Shown here one piece after another: positions 39,029 through 48,596 of a DNA stretch of 53,110 bases; position 1 is the stretch's first letter, and the number at the start of each line of letters is the position of its first letter. The stretch is from Actinomycetota bacterium. GTDB taxonomy: Bacteria; Actinomycetota; Actinomycetes; S36-B12; UBA5976. The DNA lies in NCBI GenBank assembly GCA_026393095.1, contig JAPLAV010000019.1, positions 1 to 53,110 on the forward strand. The letters run 5' to 3'. The position numbers and the translations under genes are program-made. Under the pieces are notes generated by a model. That model was not told the DNA's origin. It did no database searches and worked only from the letters and a program-made list of their open reading frames with translations.

Positions 39029-39903
39029 ATAATTGGTGGACGTAAAAAGATAGTCATTTTAATAACTGTAACCCAAGACATTTTTTTATGTGCTAATAAG
39101 TCAACAAGTTTTCCATCTTCCCAGCCAAGTTTAAATTCACTTAAAGCTTCTCTATTTCCTCTAAGCCGAATTAATGAAATTATCTTCCAATTCAATAGAT
39201 ACCAAAATGAAATAAATCCAGGTAAATTTCTTCTTGCTAGTAAAACTCTGTTTCTTGCTTGATACTGATAATAAATTTTGTGTCTGGTTTCTGGTTCAAC
39301 TGCAGGGTGCGAAACAACAACATCTCCTGCATACCAGCACTTAAATCCTGCGTCCCAAATTCTCCACACCAAATCAATACCTTCATGACCGTAGAAAAAT
39401 TCATATGGCCACAATCCAACTTTTTGAAAAACATCTCGTCTAACAGTTGTGGCCCCTTCCCACAGTGAAAACATGTGTGATGATCTATCTGGATTTTTTG
39501 TATTTAATCTAGGAATCCAGCGTCTCGGAGTTGGCAAACCATTTGGATCTTTTGGTTGAGGTTGAATCAGGGCAACTTTAGGTTTAGCTATAAATTTCTT
39601 GTATATATTTGCCAAAGTATCAATATCTTCTAGCACCACATCATCATCTAGAAAGAAAAGGAAATCTCCTGCAACACTATTTACTCCAGCATTTCTGCCA
39701 GCTGGTATTCCTAAATTTTCTTTGATAAAAACACTTTTAACTCCTGCGGGAAGAGATTTTGGTTGCCAGCCATTTCCCACCACAACAACATCGGTTGTGA
39801 CACCAACTTGTCCCAGGATTGATGAAATTGCAGCTTTTAGTTGAGCAGGTCTATTTCCTTGCGTTAAAACAATGCAACCAAAAGTGGGTGATAATTCGTT
39901 CAT
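39025..39903 (-). CDS. Glycosyltransferase family 2
   Basis: ENLGIPAGRNAG, FFLDDD, FFYGHEGIDL. Confidence 0.88.
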   Translation of the reverse strand: MNELSPTFGCIVLTQGNRPAQLKAAISSILGQVGVTTDVVVVGNGWQPKSLPAGVKSVFIKENLGIPAGRNAGVNSVAGDFLFFLDDDVVLEDIDTLANIYKKFIAKPKVALIQPQPKDPNGLPTPRRWIPRLNTKNPDRSSHMFSLWEGATTVRRDVFQKVGLWPYEFFYGHEGIDLVWRIWDAGFKCWYAGDVVVSHPAVEPETRHKIYYQYQARNRVLLARRNLPGFISFWYLLNWKIISLIRLRGNREALSEFKLGWEDGKLVDLLAHKKMSWVTVIKMTIFLRPPII

Positions 39904-39907
39904 CTTT

Positions 39908-40666
39908 TTAGGCACGTAAGCGTGAGGAAGTAAGAATTGCAACTAAGTGTCCAACCACAGTTATGAAGGCGGCCAGAGTCAATAGCACCAAAACTTGTGT
40001 TGAAACATCAAATATTACAGAAATTAAAATAATGATGCTTAATTCCACTGAATGATAAATCTTATGTATTGGGAAAAATCTAAATAGTGATCGCAATCCT
40101 GCTAATAAGCTATTTCTAGGTACTGCAACATTTTTATCCTCGGAAAGTTTACCTAAATTGGCAAAACTTCTGGCTACGTGAACCATATCGTTAAAGACTT
40201 TATTGAAGGTTACTAAAAGTGCTAAAACTAATCCATAAATAATGGCAACTATTAATTCTTCTTGTTCTAGAAAAACTCTAATTCCAAAAGCAATAGCAAT
40301 TAAAGCCTCTGTTGAATAGTGCCCAAATCGATCTATAAAGATTCCTGCCGGATTAAACCTTTGAGAAACTCGTGCCATTTCACCATCTGAGCAATCAAAT
40401 AGCATTTGTAACTGTGCGAAAAACACCGCAAGAATTGCACCGATTAAACCTGTTTTAATAACACTTGCGGCAGCTAACCAGCCTGACAAAACCATTAACC
40501 AAGTAACAAGTGTTGGACTAAATCCAAGTGAGAGTAATACTTTGGACAAATAAGGTGAAATTCTTCGCATGTATAAAGGCCCAGACCAATGTTCAGCCAC
40601 TCTTCTATTTAATACTTCTGGAGGCTGACCAAGGGACTTAATTTGCGCAATCGTGTAATTAGTCAT
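39908..40666 (-). CDS. CDP-alcohol phosphotransferase family protein
   Basis: DCSDGEMAR...GIFID motif, TM helices. ATG 40666 follows GGAGGA. Confidence 0.85.
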   Translation of the reverse strand: MTNYTIAQIKSLGQPPEVLNRRVAEHWSGPLYMRRISPYLSKVLLSLGFSPTLVTWLMVLSGWLAAASVIKTGLIGAILAVFFAQLQMLFDCSDGEMARVSQRFNPAGIFIDRFGHYSTEALIAIAFGIRVFLEQEELIVAIIYGLVLALLVTFNKVFNDMVHVARSFANLGKLSEDKNVAVPRNSLLAGLRSLFRFFPIHKIYHSVELSIIILISVIFDVSTQVLVLLTLAAFITVVGHLVAILTSSRLRA

Positions 40667-41402
40667 GAAGTCCTCCTGAATCTTTTTGATACGCATTCAA
40701 AGCTTCATTCAAAGTTCCATTAACAGCAAGTGATCCATCTTTCAAATACAAACCTCTTGTGCAAAATTCTTTTAAGTCTCTTTCTTTATGGGAAACCAAA
40801 AAGAGTGTTTTCCCTTGATTCAAAAGATCTTTCATCCTGATGTAACACTTTTCTTTAAAAGCTGCGTCACCAACAGCTAAAGCTTCGTCTACCAAAATTA
40901 TTGGTTCATCAATTGAGGTAACAATGGAAAATCCGAGTCTTACTTTCATTCCACTTGAGAAATGTCTAACCGGGGTATCGAGGAAATCTCCCACTTCAGC
41001 AAATTCAACAATGCTGTCAAATCTTTTCTTTAATTCACTTCTACTTACTCCATGAAGTCCAGCCACTAGTCCAATGTTGTCTCGAGCAGTTAGGTCACTT
41101 TTTAATCCACCAGTTAATTCAATTAGTGGTGCAACGCCACCATTTACTGTCACACTTCCCTCATCTGGAAGTAGCACTCCGGCAATTAAGCGAAGCAAAG
41201 TACTTTTTCCTTGGCCATTTGCGCCCATTAAGCCAACTGCTTCACCGGCATTTACTTGAAAGTTAATATTTCTTAATGCCCAGAATTCACCCTTAGGTGA
41301 AGTATTTTTTTGTTGCAACAACATTTCGCGAATAGAAAAGTTTCTTTTTCTGTTTCGTCTAAAACTTACACCGATATCTTTAACGTCAATTACGATGCTC
41401 AT
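40659..41402 (-). CDS. Polysaccharide/teichoic acid export ABC ATPase (Wzt/TagH-like)
   Basis: FWALRNINF, GANGQGKS, FSSGMKVRLGFS, VDEALAVGD. Confidence 0.92.
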   Translation of the reverse strand: MSIVIDVKDIGVSFRRNRKRNFSIREMLLQQKNTSPKGEFWALRNINFQVNAGEAVGLMGANGQGKSTLLRLIAGVLLPDEGSVTVNGGVAPLIELTGGLKSDLTARDNIGLVAGLHGVSRSELKKRFDSIVEFAEVGDFLDTPVRHFSSGMKVRLGFSIVTSIDEPIILVDEALAVGDAAFKEKCYIRMKDLLNQGKTLFLVSHKERDLKEFCTRGLYLKDGSLAVNGTLNEALNAYQKDSGGLHD

Positions 41403-41403
41403 T

Positions 41404-42162
41404 TTATACTTCCTTCAAAACTGAACGTTCAACTTTTTTGAAGAATATGACACCTGTTACAAAAATAATTAATGAAATAATAACTGAGAAAACTATTGGT
41501 GTGACAAGGTTTGGATCATTCCAAAATCCTGCTCGATACATTGAAATGATTCCTGTCATAGGATTTAGGTATGCAATAGTTTGAAATCTTTCAGGAATAT
41601 CTGAAACTCCATAAATTATGGGAGTTAAATAAAACATCATTCTTAACAGAATTCTTAAAATGTTTGTCGTATCTCTTGCTAGCACTGTTAATGGTGCCAG
41701 AATCAAACCAATTCCTGAAAGTAATAAGAATTGAATCACGAAAGCAAGTGGGATAAATAACAAGGCAGCAGAAACTTCAGCACTAGCAATTATTGAAATC
41801 ACAACTAAAATCGGTAGGGCTAAAACAAATTCAGTACCTTTAGCACCGATGCTCTTAATAACCCATAAATATCTAGGAATGGCAATGGATCTAACCATTT
41901 TGCTTTCCATTACTAAAGATCTAGCTGAATCAGTTACTGCGCCGTTAAACCAAGTCCAAGAAAGAATTCCAGTTAACAAAAACAAAATATAAGGTTGCTC
42001 ACCTATTGATTTTGCTCCAACGATGTATGAAAAAACAAACCAATAAATTGCAGACATTGCCAATGGGTCTAACAGAGTCCAGAAATAACCCAGCCAGGTT
42101 CCGGCATATCTAATTTGTAAATCTCGATAAACCAAAATGCGAAAGGCGCCAAACTTACCCAA
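41404..42162 (-). CDS. Polysaccharide/teichoic acid export ABC permease (Wzm/TagG-like)
   Basis: RYAGTWLGYFWTLLDPL, FYLTPIIY, LNPM. Confidence 0.92.
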   Translation of the reverse strand: MGKFGAFRILVYRDLQIRYAGTWLGYFWTLLDPLAMSAIYWFVFSYIVGAKSIGEQPYILFLLTGILSWTWFNGAVTDSARSLVMESKMVRSIAIPRYLWVIKSIGAKGTEFVLALPILVVISIIASAEVSAALLFIPLAFVIQFLLLSGIGLILAPLTVLARDTTNILRILLRMMFYLTPIIYGVSDIPERFQTIAYLNPMTGIISMYRAGFWNDPNLVTPIVFSVIISLIIFVTGVIFFKKVERSVLKEV

Positions 42163-42213
42163 AGGGTTCGTTCTCCTCCACGCTCATCAGATGCGATCGC
42201 GTTGTCTACAAGG

Positions 42214-43194
42214 TTACAGGCGCTTGCTTCCTTTTAAGAAACCAACGCCCCAAGATAAATGCATTGTTGGAAGAACCAGCAGTAAATACAAGCGACTTAG
42301 TAGACCTATTTTGGAACCAATGGTTAAAAACGCTAAGAAGATAACTGTCAGATAAACAATTGGTGCAAGCCATCCAATTTGTAACCAACCAATTTCCAAG
42401 ATCTTAGAAAACAAAACCATAATAAATCCTGCAATTAATCCACTAACAGTTATTGGAGGTGCAAGATATCTCATTGAAACAGTTTCTGGATAAGTTTTTG
42501 TAACTTGTTTTCTCCATTGACCATATTCAAAATATTGCTTAGCTAATTGCAAAAGGTTTTTTCTAGGTCTGTATGAAACAACAAGATCGGGATTAAACCA
42601 AATCTTTCCACCTGTTTTTCTAATTCGATAATTCATTTCCCAATCTTGGGCTCTGATAAATGATTCATTAAAATATCCAACTCTTTCCAATGCAGATTTT
42701 CTAAATGTTCCTAGATAAACGGTGTCAACTTCACCAGATTTTCCACCAACATGAAATGGAGCATTTCCCACACCAAACTTAGAAGTCATAGCAGCTGCCA
42801 CACTTTTCTCAAAAGCATTTGTTCCTTCTGCTTTCATTAAGCCACCAACATTGTCAGCACCTGATTCAACAAGAGTTTTAACTGCATTTTTTATGTAGTT
42901 ACTGTCAACAATTGCATGTCCATCGAGTCTGACAATAATGTCAAAATTTGAATTTTTGATTGCGTTGTTTAAAGCAGCTGCAGTTCTGCCAGATGGATTT
43001 TCAACGAGTTTTATTCTCTGGTCTTTGGCTAAATCTTGGGCAATAATATTGGTCTGATCTTTGGATGGGCCTAGCGCCAAAATAATCTCTATTTGGCCAG
43101 AATAATTCTGATTCAATATTGCTTGAACAGATTGTTTTAGAAAACGTTCTTCATTTAAAACTGGGATGATCACAGAAACTGCTGGTTCTGACAT
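42214..43194 (-). CDS. Glycosyltransferase family 2 (ExoA-like) with C-terminal TM helices
   Basis: VSVIIPVLNE, RLDGH, RAQDWE.NYRI, QYFEYG.WR. Alternative start GTG 43206. Confidence 0.88.
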   Translation of the reverse strand: MSEPAVSVIIPVLNEERFLKQSVQAILNQNYSGQIEIILALGPSKDQTNIIAQDLAKDQRIKLVENPSGRTAAALNNAIKNSNFDIIVRLDGHAIVDSNYIKNAVKTLVESGADNVGGLMKAEGTNAFEKSVAAAMTSKFGVGNAPFHVGGKSGEVDTVYLGTFRKSALERVGYFNESFIRAQDWEMNYRIRKTGGKIWFNPDLVVSYRPRKNLLQLAKQYFEYGQWRKQVTKTYPETVSMRYLAPPITVSGLIAGFIMVLFSKILEIGWLQIGWLAPIVYLTVIFLAFLTIGSKIGLLSRLYLLLVLPTMHLSWGVGFLKGSKRL

Positions 43195-43279
43195 TAATTC
43201 ACCCACTTTTTCTATTCTTTAATGGCAACGCTAGTCGAATAAAGAGATAAATCCTTGAATAAATCATACGATTGTCCGT

Positions 43280-44329
43280 GTGGAGAAGAAAAATGGTTTA
43301 CCAAACGAATGGTTTAGAGACTCAAAGTCGACTAATCCAAAAGCACCTGGTGCTAAGCCTCGAAAATCAAAGAGTCTGAACAAAAGACAAATTGCCTGGG
43401 TATTTCTAGGAGCATTTTCTTACTGGTTCGTTTTCCTACTAATTATTGCTTTATTGCAATTAAACAAGTTACCTATTGAAAGAGTTGAATCAGAAATTCC
43501 TAAATCACCTGGTCAAACTTGGCTGCTAATTGGAAGTGATTCACGAGATGACATTGATAATCCTGTCTTAGAAGGTGCGCCATTAGGAAAATTTGAAGGT
43601 CAACGAAGTGACACAATTATTATTATGAGTGTTCCAAAGATTGGCACTCCCCTACAACTTACAAGTATTCCAAGAGATCTTGTGGTGACAATTCCAGCAC
43701 GTGGTGACACGGGTGAAAAGAAAAATAAAATTAACGCAGCTTATGCATTTGGTGGACCAAGTCTTTCACTAAATACTGTGGAAAAACTAGTAGGAGTCCA
43801 AATGGATAATTACGCTGAAATTGGGTTTGTCGGATTAGTAAATGTTGTAAATAGTTTTGGTGGCATAAAAGTTTGTCCAAGCCAGGATTTTTCTGATAAG
43901 AAATCTGGCTTAGAAATAAAAGAGGGTTGTCAAACAGTTGATGGTTTAACTGCTTTGGCATATTCGCGTATGCGTTATGCAGACCCAAAGGGTGATATTG
44001 GTAGAGGGGAAAGACAACAAGAAGTAGTCAAGCAAATCATGAAGAAGTCTTTATCTCCATTTACTTTGCTTAATCCATTAAGAGCTCCGCGCACAGTATC
44101 TGCTCTTGCAAATGCAGTGACTGTAAATAAAGGTGTTGGACCTCTTGATCTAGTTCCGCTAGCTATTGCTTTAAGAAGTGGAGGCATTGATTCTGCAACT
44201 TTACCAAATAAAGCTGGAGGAAATGTCGGAGATTTAGGTTCTACTAGAAAATTAACAAGTGATGCTGAAGAAGTGTTTAAAGCTTTGCAAGAAGGAACCA
44301 AAATTCCTTCCTTTGAGAGCAAGGAATAA
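43280..44329 (+). CDS. LCP family protein
   Basis: TM helix, LLIGSDSR, RSDT, SIPRD, KINAAYAFGG, GDIGRGERQQ. Confidence 0.92.
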   Translation: MEKKNGLPNEWFRDSKSTNPKAPGAKPRKSKSLNKRQIAWVFLGAFSYWFVFLLIIALLQLNKLPIERVESEIPKSPGQTWLLIGSDSRDDIDNPVLEGAPLGKFEGQRSDTIIIMSVPKIGTPLQLTSIPRDLVVTIPARGDTGEKKNKINAAYAFGGPSLSLNTVEKLVGVQMDNYAEIGFVGLVNVVNSFGGIKVCPSQDFSDKKSGLEIKEGCQTVDGLTALAYSRMRYADPKGDIGRGERQQEVVKQIMKKSLSPFTLLNPLRAPRTVSALANAVTVNKGVGPLDLVPLAIALRSGGIDSATLPNKAGGNVGDLGSTRKLTSDAEEVFKALQEGTKIPSFESKE

Positions 44330-45307
44330 TTACTCGGTAATTCTGCCTGTTAAGTAATCAGCAGCATGGTGAGCTCTTTCTAATAAATCACTTAAATTAT
44401 TGCCACTGATATTCACATGCCCTACTTTTCGTCCTTCTTTAACTTCTTTGCCATAAAGATGTATTCGTAAATCAGGATCGTGTGCCATGCAATGTAAGAA
44501 AGGTTTATACATATCTAGATATTGACCACCCAAAACATTAACCATGACAGTTATAGGGGCTAATAATTTTGGACTTCCTAGCGGCAAATTAAGTATTGCT
44601 CGTAAATGGTTTTCAAACTGCGAAGTTGTTGCACCATCAATAGTCCAAAGGCCTGAGTTTGTTAGACCTAGCTTTATCTGAATAATCAAGAATTTATTGT
44701 TTCCTAAGTCAAAGAAATCAACTGTGAATACACCATGAATATCAAATAGTTCTGAAATCTTTAGAGTTATTAACTGAAGCTCACTTGCGTGCGCATCACT
44801 CAAATTCGGAGCCGGTGCAATTACTTCATCCAGGATCTCATTTATTTTTTTAATTTGACCAACTGAATAAACAACAGTTTGTCCATGTTCAGATCTTGCT
44901 GCTTGAACTGATAACAGTCTTTCAAAATTAGCAACATTGTCTTGGAAGGGCAGGTTTGCATCTATTAATGTTTTCTTAACAAAATCAGAATTTTCTAAAT
45001 GCTCAATTGCTGAAATTTGTGGTCTAAATACTTGCCCCTCTTTTTCTAGTCTTTTTAAGTTTTCATATGGAAATTCATGCAAATCAAATGTAATTACATC
45101 TGTATCTAATGCAAATACTGATAAATCTGAAAAATTGTTTATATCTCCAACAGTGACATTATTTGCAATCAAGGCAGCACTCTCGTCTGCACTTTTGCTT
45201 AGTAATTTAATTTCAATATTTAGTCTTGTGGCAGCTTCGATTAACATTCGAGCCATTTGCCCTGCGCCAAGAATTCCTACCGTTGGAAAATGTGAGCGAC
45301 TGGTCAT
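44330..45307 (-). CDS. purK: PurK (N5-CAIR synthase)-like protein, internally deleted and degenerate
   Basis: GILGAGQMARM, VIAPAP, TSQFENHLRA.L.LPLG and HLYGK...GRKVGHVN are present; the LK..GGYDGKG lid and NE..RPHNSG are missing or altered. Confidence 0.8.
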   Translation of the reverse strand: MTSRSHFPTVGILGAGQMARMLIEAATRLNIEIKLLSKSADESAALIANNVTVGDINNFSDLSVFALDTDVITFDLHEFPYENLKRLEKEGQVFRPQISAIEHLENSDFVKKTLIDANLPFQDNVANFERLLSVQAARSEHGQTVVYSVGQIKKINEILDEVIAPAPNLSDAHASELQLITLKISELFDIHGVFTVDFFDLGNNKFLIIQIKLGLTNSGLWTIDGATTSQFENHLRAILNLPLGSPKLLAPITVMVNVLGGQYLDMYKPFLHCMAHDPDLRIHLYGKEVKEGRKVGHVNISGNNLSDLLERAHHAADYLTGRITE

Positions 45308-45316
45308 GAAAAAATA

Positions 45317-46126
45317 TTAACTAATTAAATGAATATCGGCAGAACTTAGAGTTCTAGTTCCATCATCTGTCTTCACAAAAAGTTCGCCAGTTTGTGAAAT
45401 ATCTGCTACTTGAGCATTTATTACTTCCCCGCCTGGCAATTGGGCTGTAATTTTTTTATTTAAAGTTATGCAATTTGTTTTGTACTCTCTGACCAATGAA
45501 GGTGTTGGCCAAGTAGTTGCGTTATTTTCCTCAAGCCATCTAGCACTTAATTCTGTTAGAAAAGCTGCTATCACAGATTCTTTTGTCATAGATGACTGCA
45601 ATATTTGCTTTAACGAAGAGGCATTACTTACAGGTAATTCTTCTTTTTCTTGATCAAAATTTATTCCAACCCCGGCAATAACATATTCATTTGTTCTTTC
45701 TACCAAAATTCCTGCAAATTTAAATTCTTGACTGTTTTCAACTAAAACTAAATCGTTTGGCCACTTAATTTTTATATCTTTTCTTGTCTCTGCCTCAAGT
45801 GCTTTATGTAAAGCTAATCCTACTAATAGTGGGATCCAACCTAAATTCTTTTCACTATTTGGTTTTAGCACAATTGAAATAAATATTGATGAGTTTTTAG
45901 GAGCTTCCCAACTTCTATTTTGTCTGCCTCTGCCATTTGTTTGGAAATTTGCTAATACAAAAGTTCCTTCTTCAATATTGCTAGCGACTAATTCACGTGC
46001 AATATCGTTGGTCGATTTAACTTCATCTTTGATAACGGCGTTTTGCCATAAGCACTGGCGAAGAAGCAGTTCCTGCTCCAATAATTGAGCATCAAGAGGC
46101 GCTCGATTCTTGAAAATTTCGGTCAC
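45317..46126 (-). CDS. birA: Biotin--[acetyl-CoA-carboxylase] ligase (group I, no HTH)
   Basis: [33 protein letters not shown]. Start set at GTG 46126. Confidence 0.92.
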   Translation of the reverse strand: MTEIFKNRAPLDAQLLEQELLLRQCLWQNAVIKDEVKSTNDIARELVASNIEEGTFVLANFQTNGRGRQNRSWEAPKNSSIFISIVLKPNSEKNLGWIPLLVGLALHKALEAETRKDIKIKWPNDLVLVENSQEFKFAGILVERTNEYVIAGVGINFDQEKEELPVSNASSLKQILQSSMTKESVIAAFLTELSARWLEENNATTWPTPSLVREYKTNCITLNKKITAQLPGGEVINAQVADISQTGELFVKTDDGTRTLSSADIHLIS

Positions 46127-46169
46127 ACTGTTACCGTACGACAAGAGCCTTTTTCTTAGAGAGGACCAC

Positions 46170-47759
46170 GTGGGTAAAAAGTCGAGTGACGGTGCAACTC
46201 CTCGCACTACCGCGTCAAAATTAGCTCACCTTGCTGAAGTTAAAAAAGAAATCCATGTTGACCAAGCCAATGCTGCTTTGGAAAAACAACATGCCAAAGG
46301 CAAACAAAGTGCCCGGGAGAGATTAGCTTCCCTACTTGATCCTGAATCATTTCAAGAAATAGATGAACTTGTAAGACATCAAAAAAATAATTTTGGAATG
46401 GATAAAAACCGTCCTGCGGGAGATGGTGTCATTACTGGTTTTGCAACTATTGACGGTCGACCTGTTTATGTTTACTCGCAAGACTTCACAGCCATGGGTG
46501 GATCTTTAGGTGAAGCAATGGGTGGAAAAATTGTTAAGTTGATGGATTTGGCAATTAAATCTGGTGCACCAATTATTGGTATTAATGATTCAGGTGGAGC
46601 AAGAATTCAAGAAGGTGTTGCATCACTTGCAATGTATGGAGAAATCTTTTTAAGAAATACCAGAGCATCAGGTGTTATTCCACAAATTTCCATCATCATG
46701 GGACCTTGTGCTGGAGGGGCTGTTTATTCACCAGCCTTAACTGATTTTGTTGTCATGGTTGATAAAACCTCACACATGTTTATTACCGGTCCAGATGTGA
46801 TTAAAACAGTAACTGGCGAAGAAGTTTCTTTTGAAGATTTAGGTGGAGCAAGAGCTCATGCCACAAAATCAGGTGTAGCTCACTACATGGCAAGTGATGA
46901 AGATGATGCTTTGGATTATGTAAGAACACTTCTTAGTTTCTTACCTTCTAATAATGCTGAACCTTCACAACATTTTGAATCAAAAGTTGATTTACAAATC
47001 AACCAACACGATTTGGAAATGGATATCTTGGTTCCAGATTCACCAAACCAACCTTATGACATGCACGTGTTAGTTAAACATGTTTTAGATGATGATGAAT
47101 TTTTTGAAATACATGGCGGTTGGGCACCAAACATTATGGTTGGCTTTGGTCGCATTGAAGGACAAAGTGTGGGAATTGTGGCAAATCAGCCAATGCAATT
47201 TGCAGGAACTTTAGATATTGAAGCATCAGAAAAAGCCGCTCGCTTTGTTCGAACTTGTGATGCTTTTAATATTCCAATTATTACCTTCGTTGATGTTCCA
47301 GGATTCTTACCTGGAGTTGACCAAGAATACGGTGGAATTATTAGACGCGGTGCCAAATTAATTTATGCCTATGCTGAAGCAACGGTTCCTTTAATAACAG
47401 TTATTACCAGAAAAGCTTATGGTGGTGCATACATTGTTATGGGCTCAAAGCATTTAGGTGCAGATTTAAATCTTGCATGGCCAACTGCTCAAGTTGCGGT
47501 AATGGGTGCACAAGGTGCGGTAAATATTCTCTTTAGAAAAGAAATCACTGGAGCAAAAGATCCAGTAAGTGAGCGTGCTGACAAAATTAGTGAATACGAA
47601 GAAGCCTTTGATAATCCATACGTTGCAGCAGAACGTGGTTGGATTGATGCAGTGATCGCACCAAGTGAAACCAGAATCAGAATTATTCGAGGACTTCGCC
47701 AACTAATTACTAAACGTGAATCAATGCCTCCTAAGAAGCATGGAAATATCCCACTGTGA
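46170..47759 (+). CDS. pccB: Acyl-CoA carboxylase carboxyltransferase beta subunit (AccD5/PccB-like)
   Basis: [48 protein letters not shown]. Start set at GTG 46170. Confidence 0.9.
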   Translation: MGKKSSDGATPRTTASKLAHLAEVKKEIHVDQANAALEKQHAKGKQSARERLASLLDPESFQEIDELVRHQKNNFGMDKNRPAGDGVITGFATIDGRPVYVYSQDFTAMGGSLGEAMGGKIVKLMDLAIKSGAPIIGINDSGGARIQEGVASLAMYGEIFLRNTRASGVIPQISIIMGPCAGGAVYSPALTDFVVMVDKTSHMFITGPDVIKTVTGEEVSFEDLGGARAHATKSGVAHYMASDEDDALDYVRTLLSFLPSNNAEPSQHFESKVDLQINQHDLEMDILVPDSPNQPYDMHVLVKHVLDDDEFFEIHGGWAPNIMVGFGRIEGQSVGIVANQPMQFAGTLDIEASEKAARFVRTCDAFNIPIITFVDVPGFLPGVDQEYGGIIRRGAKLIYAYAEATVPLITVITRKAYGGAYIVMGSKHLGADLNLAWPTAQVAVMGAQGAVNILFRKEITGAKDPVSERADKISEYEEAFDNPYVAAERGWIDAVIAPSETRIRIIRGLRQLITKRESMPPKKHGNIPL

Positions 47760-47971
47760 CCAAGCCACTTGAATTTCAAATAATTAGAGGAAATCCAACA
47801 GCAGATGAAATTGCTGCCATCCATGTAGCACTGCAGGTTGCCAAGAATTCTTCAGAAGAATTAGGAAAGCAAAAGAAAAGAATTAGTAACTGGAATAGTC
47901 CTCAATTTAGATTCAGAAACACACCACAACTAAACAGTGGTTGGCAATATTCATACCTTCCAGGAGCATGA
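47756..47971 (+). CDS. accE: Acyl-CoA carboxylase epsilon subunit
   Basis: [16 protein letters not shown]...W..S; GTGA overlap with the beta subunit stop. Confidence 0.85.
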   Translation: MTKPLEFQIIRGNPTADEIAAIHVALQVAKNSSEELGKQKKRISNWNSPQFRFRNTPQLNSGWQYSYLPGA

Positions 47972-48585
47972 GCTTTCCGGTAATCCTGGCTTCTGCCTCC
48001 CCTGCCAGATTGATGCTTCTTCGAAGCCAAAATATTCAACCTATTGTTATTGCCTCTGAAATTAATGAAAAAGAAATAGAAGAACAATACAAAGATTCCT
48101 CCACTGAAATTGTTGTTAAAGAACTTTCTATTGCTAAAGCAAATTATGTTTTAACAAACAATGTTTCTCTCAACTCTGGAATTCTGATTGCAGCAGACTC
48201 AATGCTTGAATTTGAATCTCAAAGTTTAGGTAAACCTCTTAATGCAGAAAATGCCATTGCCAGATGGCAAAAAATGCGTGGAAAATCCGGAATTTTGCAC
48301 ACTGGTCACACGGTAATTCGCTTAGATAATAAACAAACAATTACAAGAGTTGTGTCAACTAAAGTTGAATTTGCAAATGTTGATGATAAAGAAATTATTG
48401 ATTATGTTGCAACAAAAGAACCATTAAATGTTGCTGGTGCTTTCACAATCGATTCTTTAGGCGCTGCATTTGTAAAAGAGGTCCAGGGTGATCACAGTAA
48501 TGTAATCGGCTTATCTTTACCGGCACTTAGAGAAATTGTTCGTGAACTTGGACTCTCATGGACTTCTTTGTGGGAAATGGCATAA
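47968..48585 (+). CDS. maf: Maf-family nucleotide pyrophosphatase
   Basis: VILASASPAR, KA, DS...GKP, AGAFTID, NVIGLSL. ATG 47968 follows AGGAG. Confidence 0.9.
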   Translation: MSFPVILASASPARLMLLRSQNIQPIVIASEINEKEIEEQYKDSSTEIVVKELSIAKANYVLTNNVSLNSGILIAADSMLEFESQSLGKPLNAENAIARWQKMRGKSGILHTGHTVIRLDNKQTITRVVSTKVEFANVDDKEIIDYVATKEPLNVAGAFTIDSLGAAFVKEVQGDHSNVIGLSLPALREIVRELGLSWTSLWEMA

Positions 48586-48596
48586 AGTAATAAATC

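Noticed and set aside
46110-46207. Overlapping head-to-head birA and pccB ORFs in the track (similarly 17106-17149 and 29204-29205)
   Set aside because: Artefact of longest-ORF calling; better starts with an RBS or -10 element remove the overlaps.
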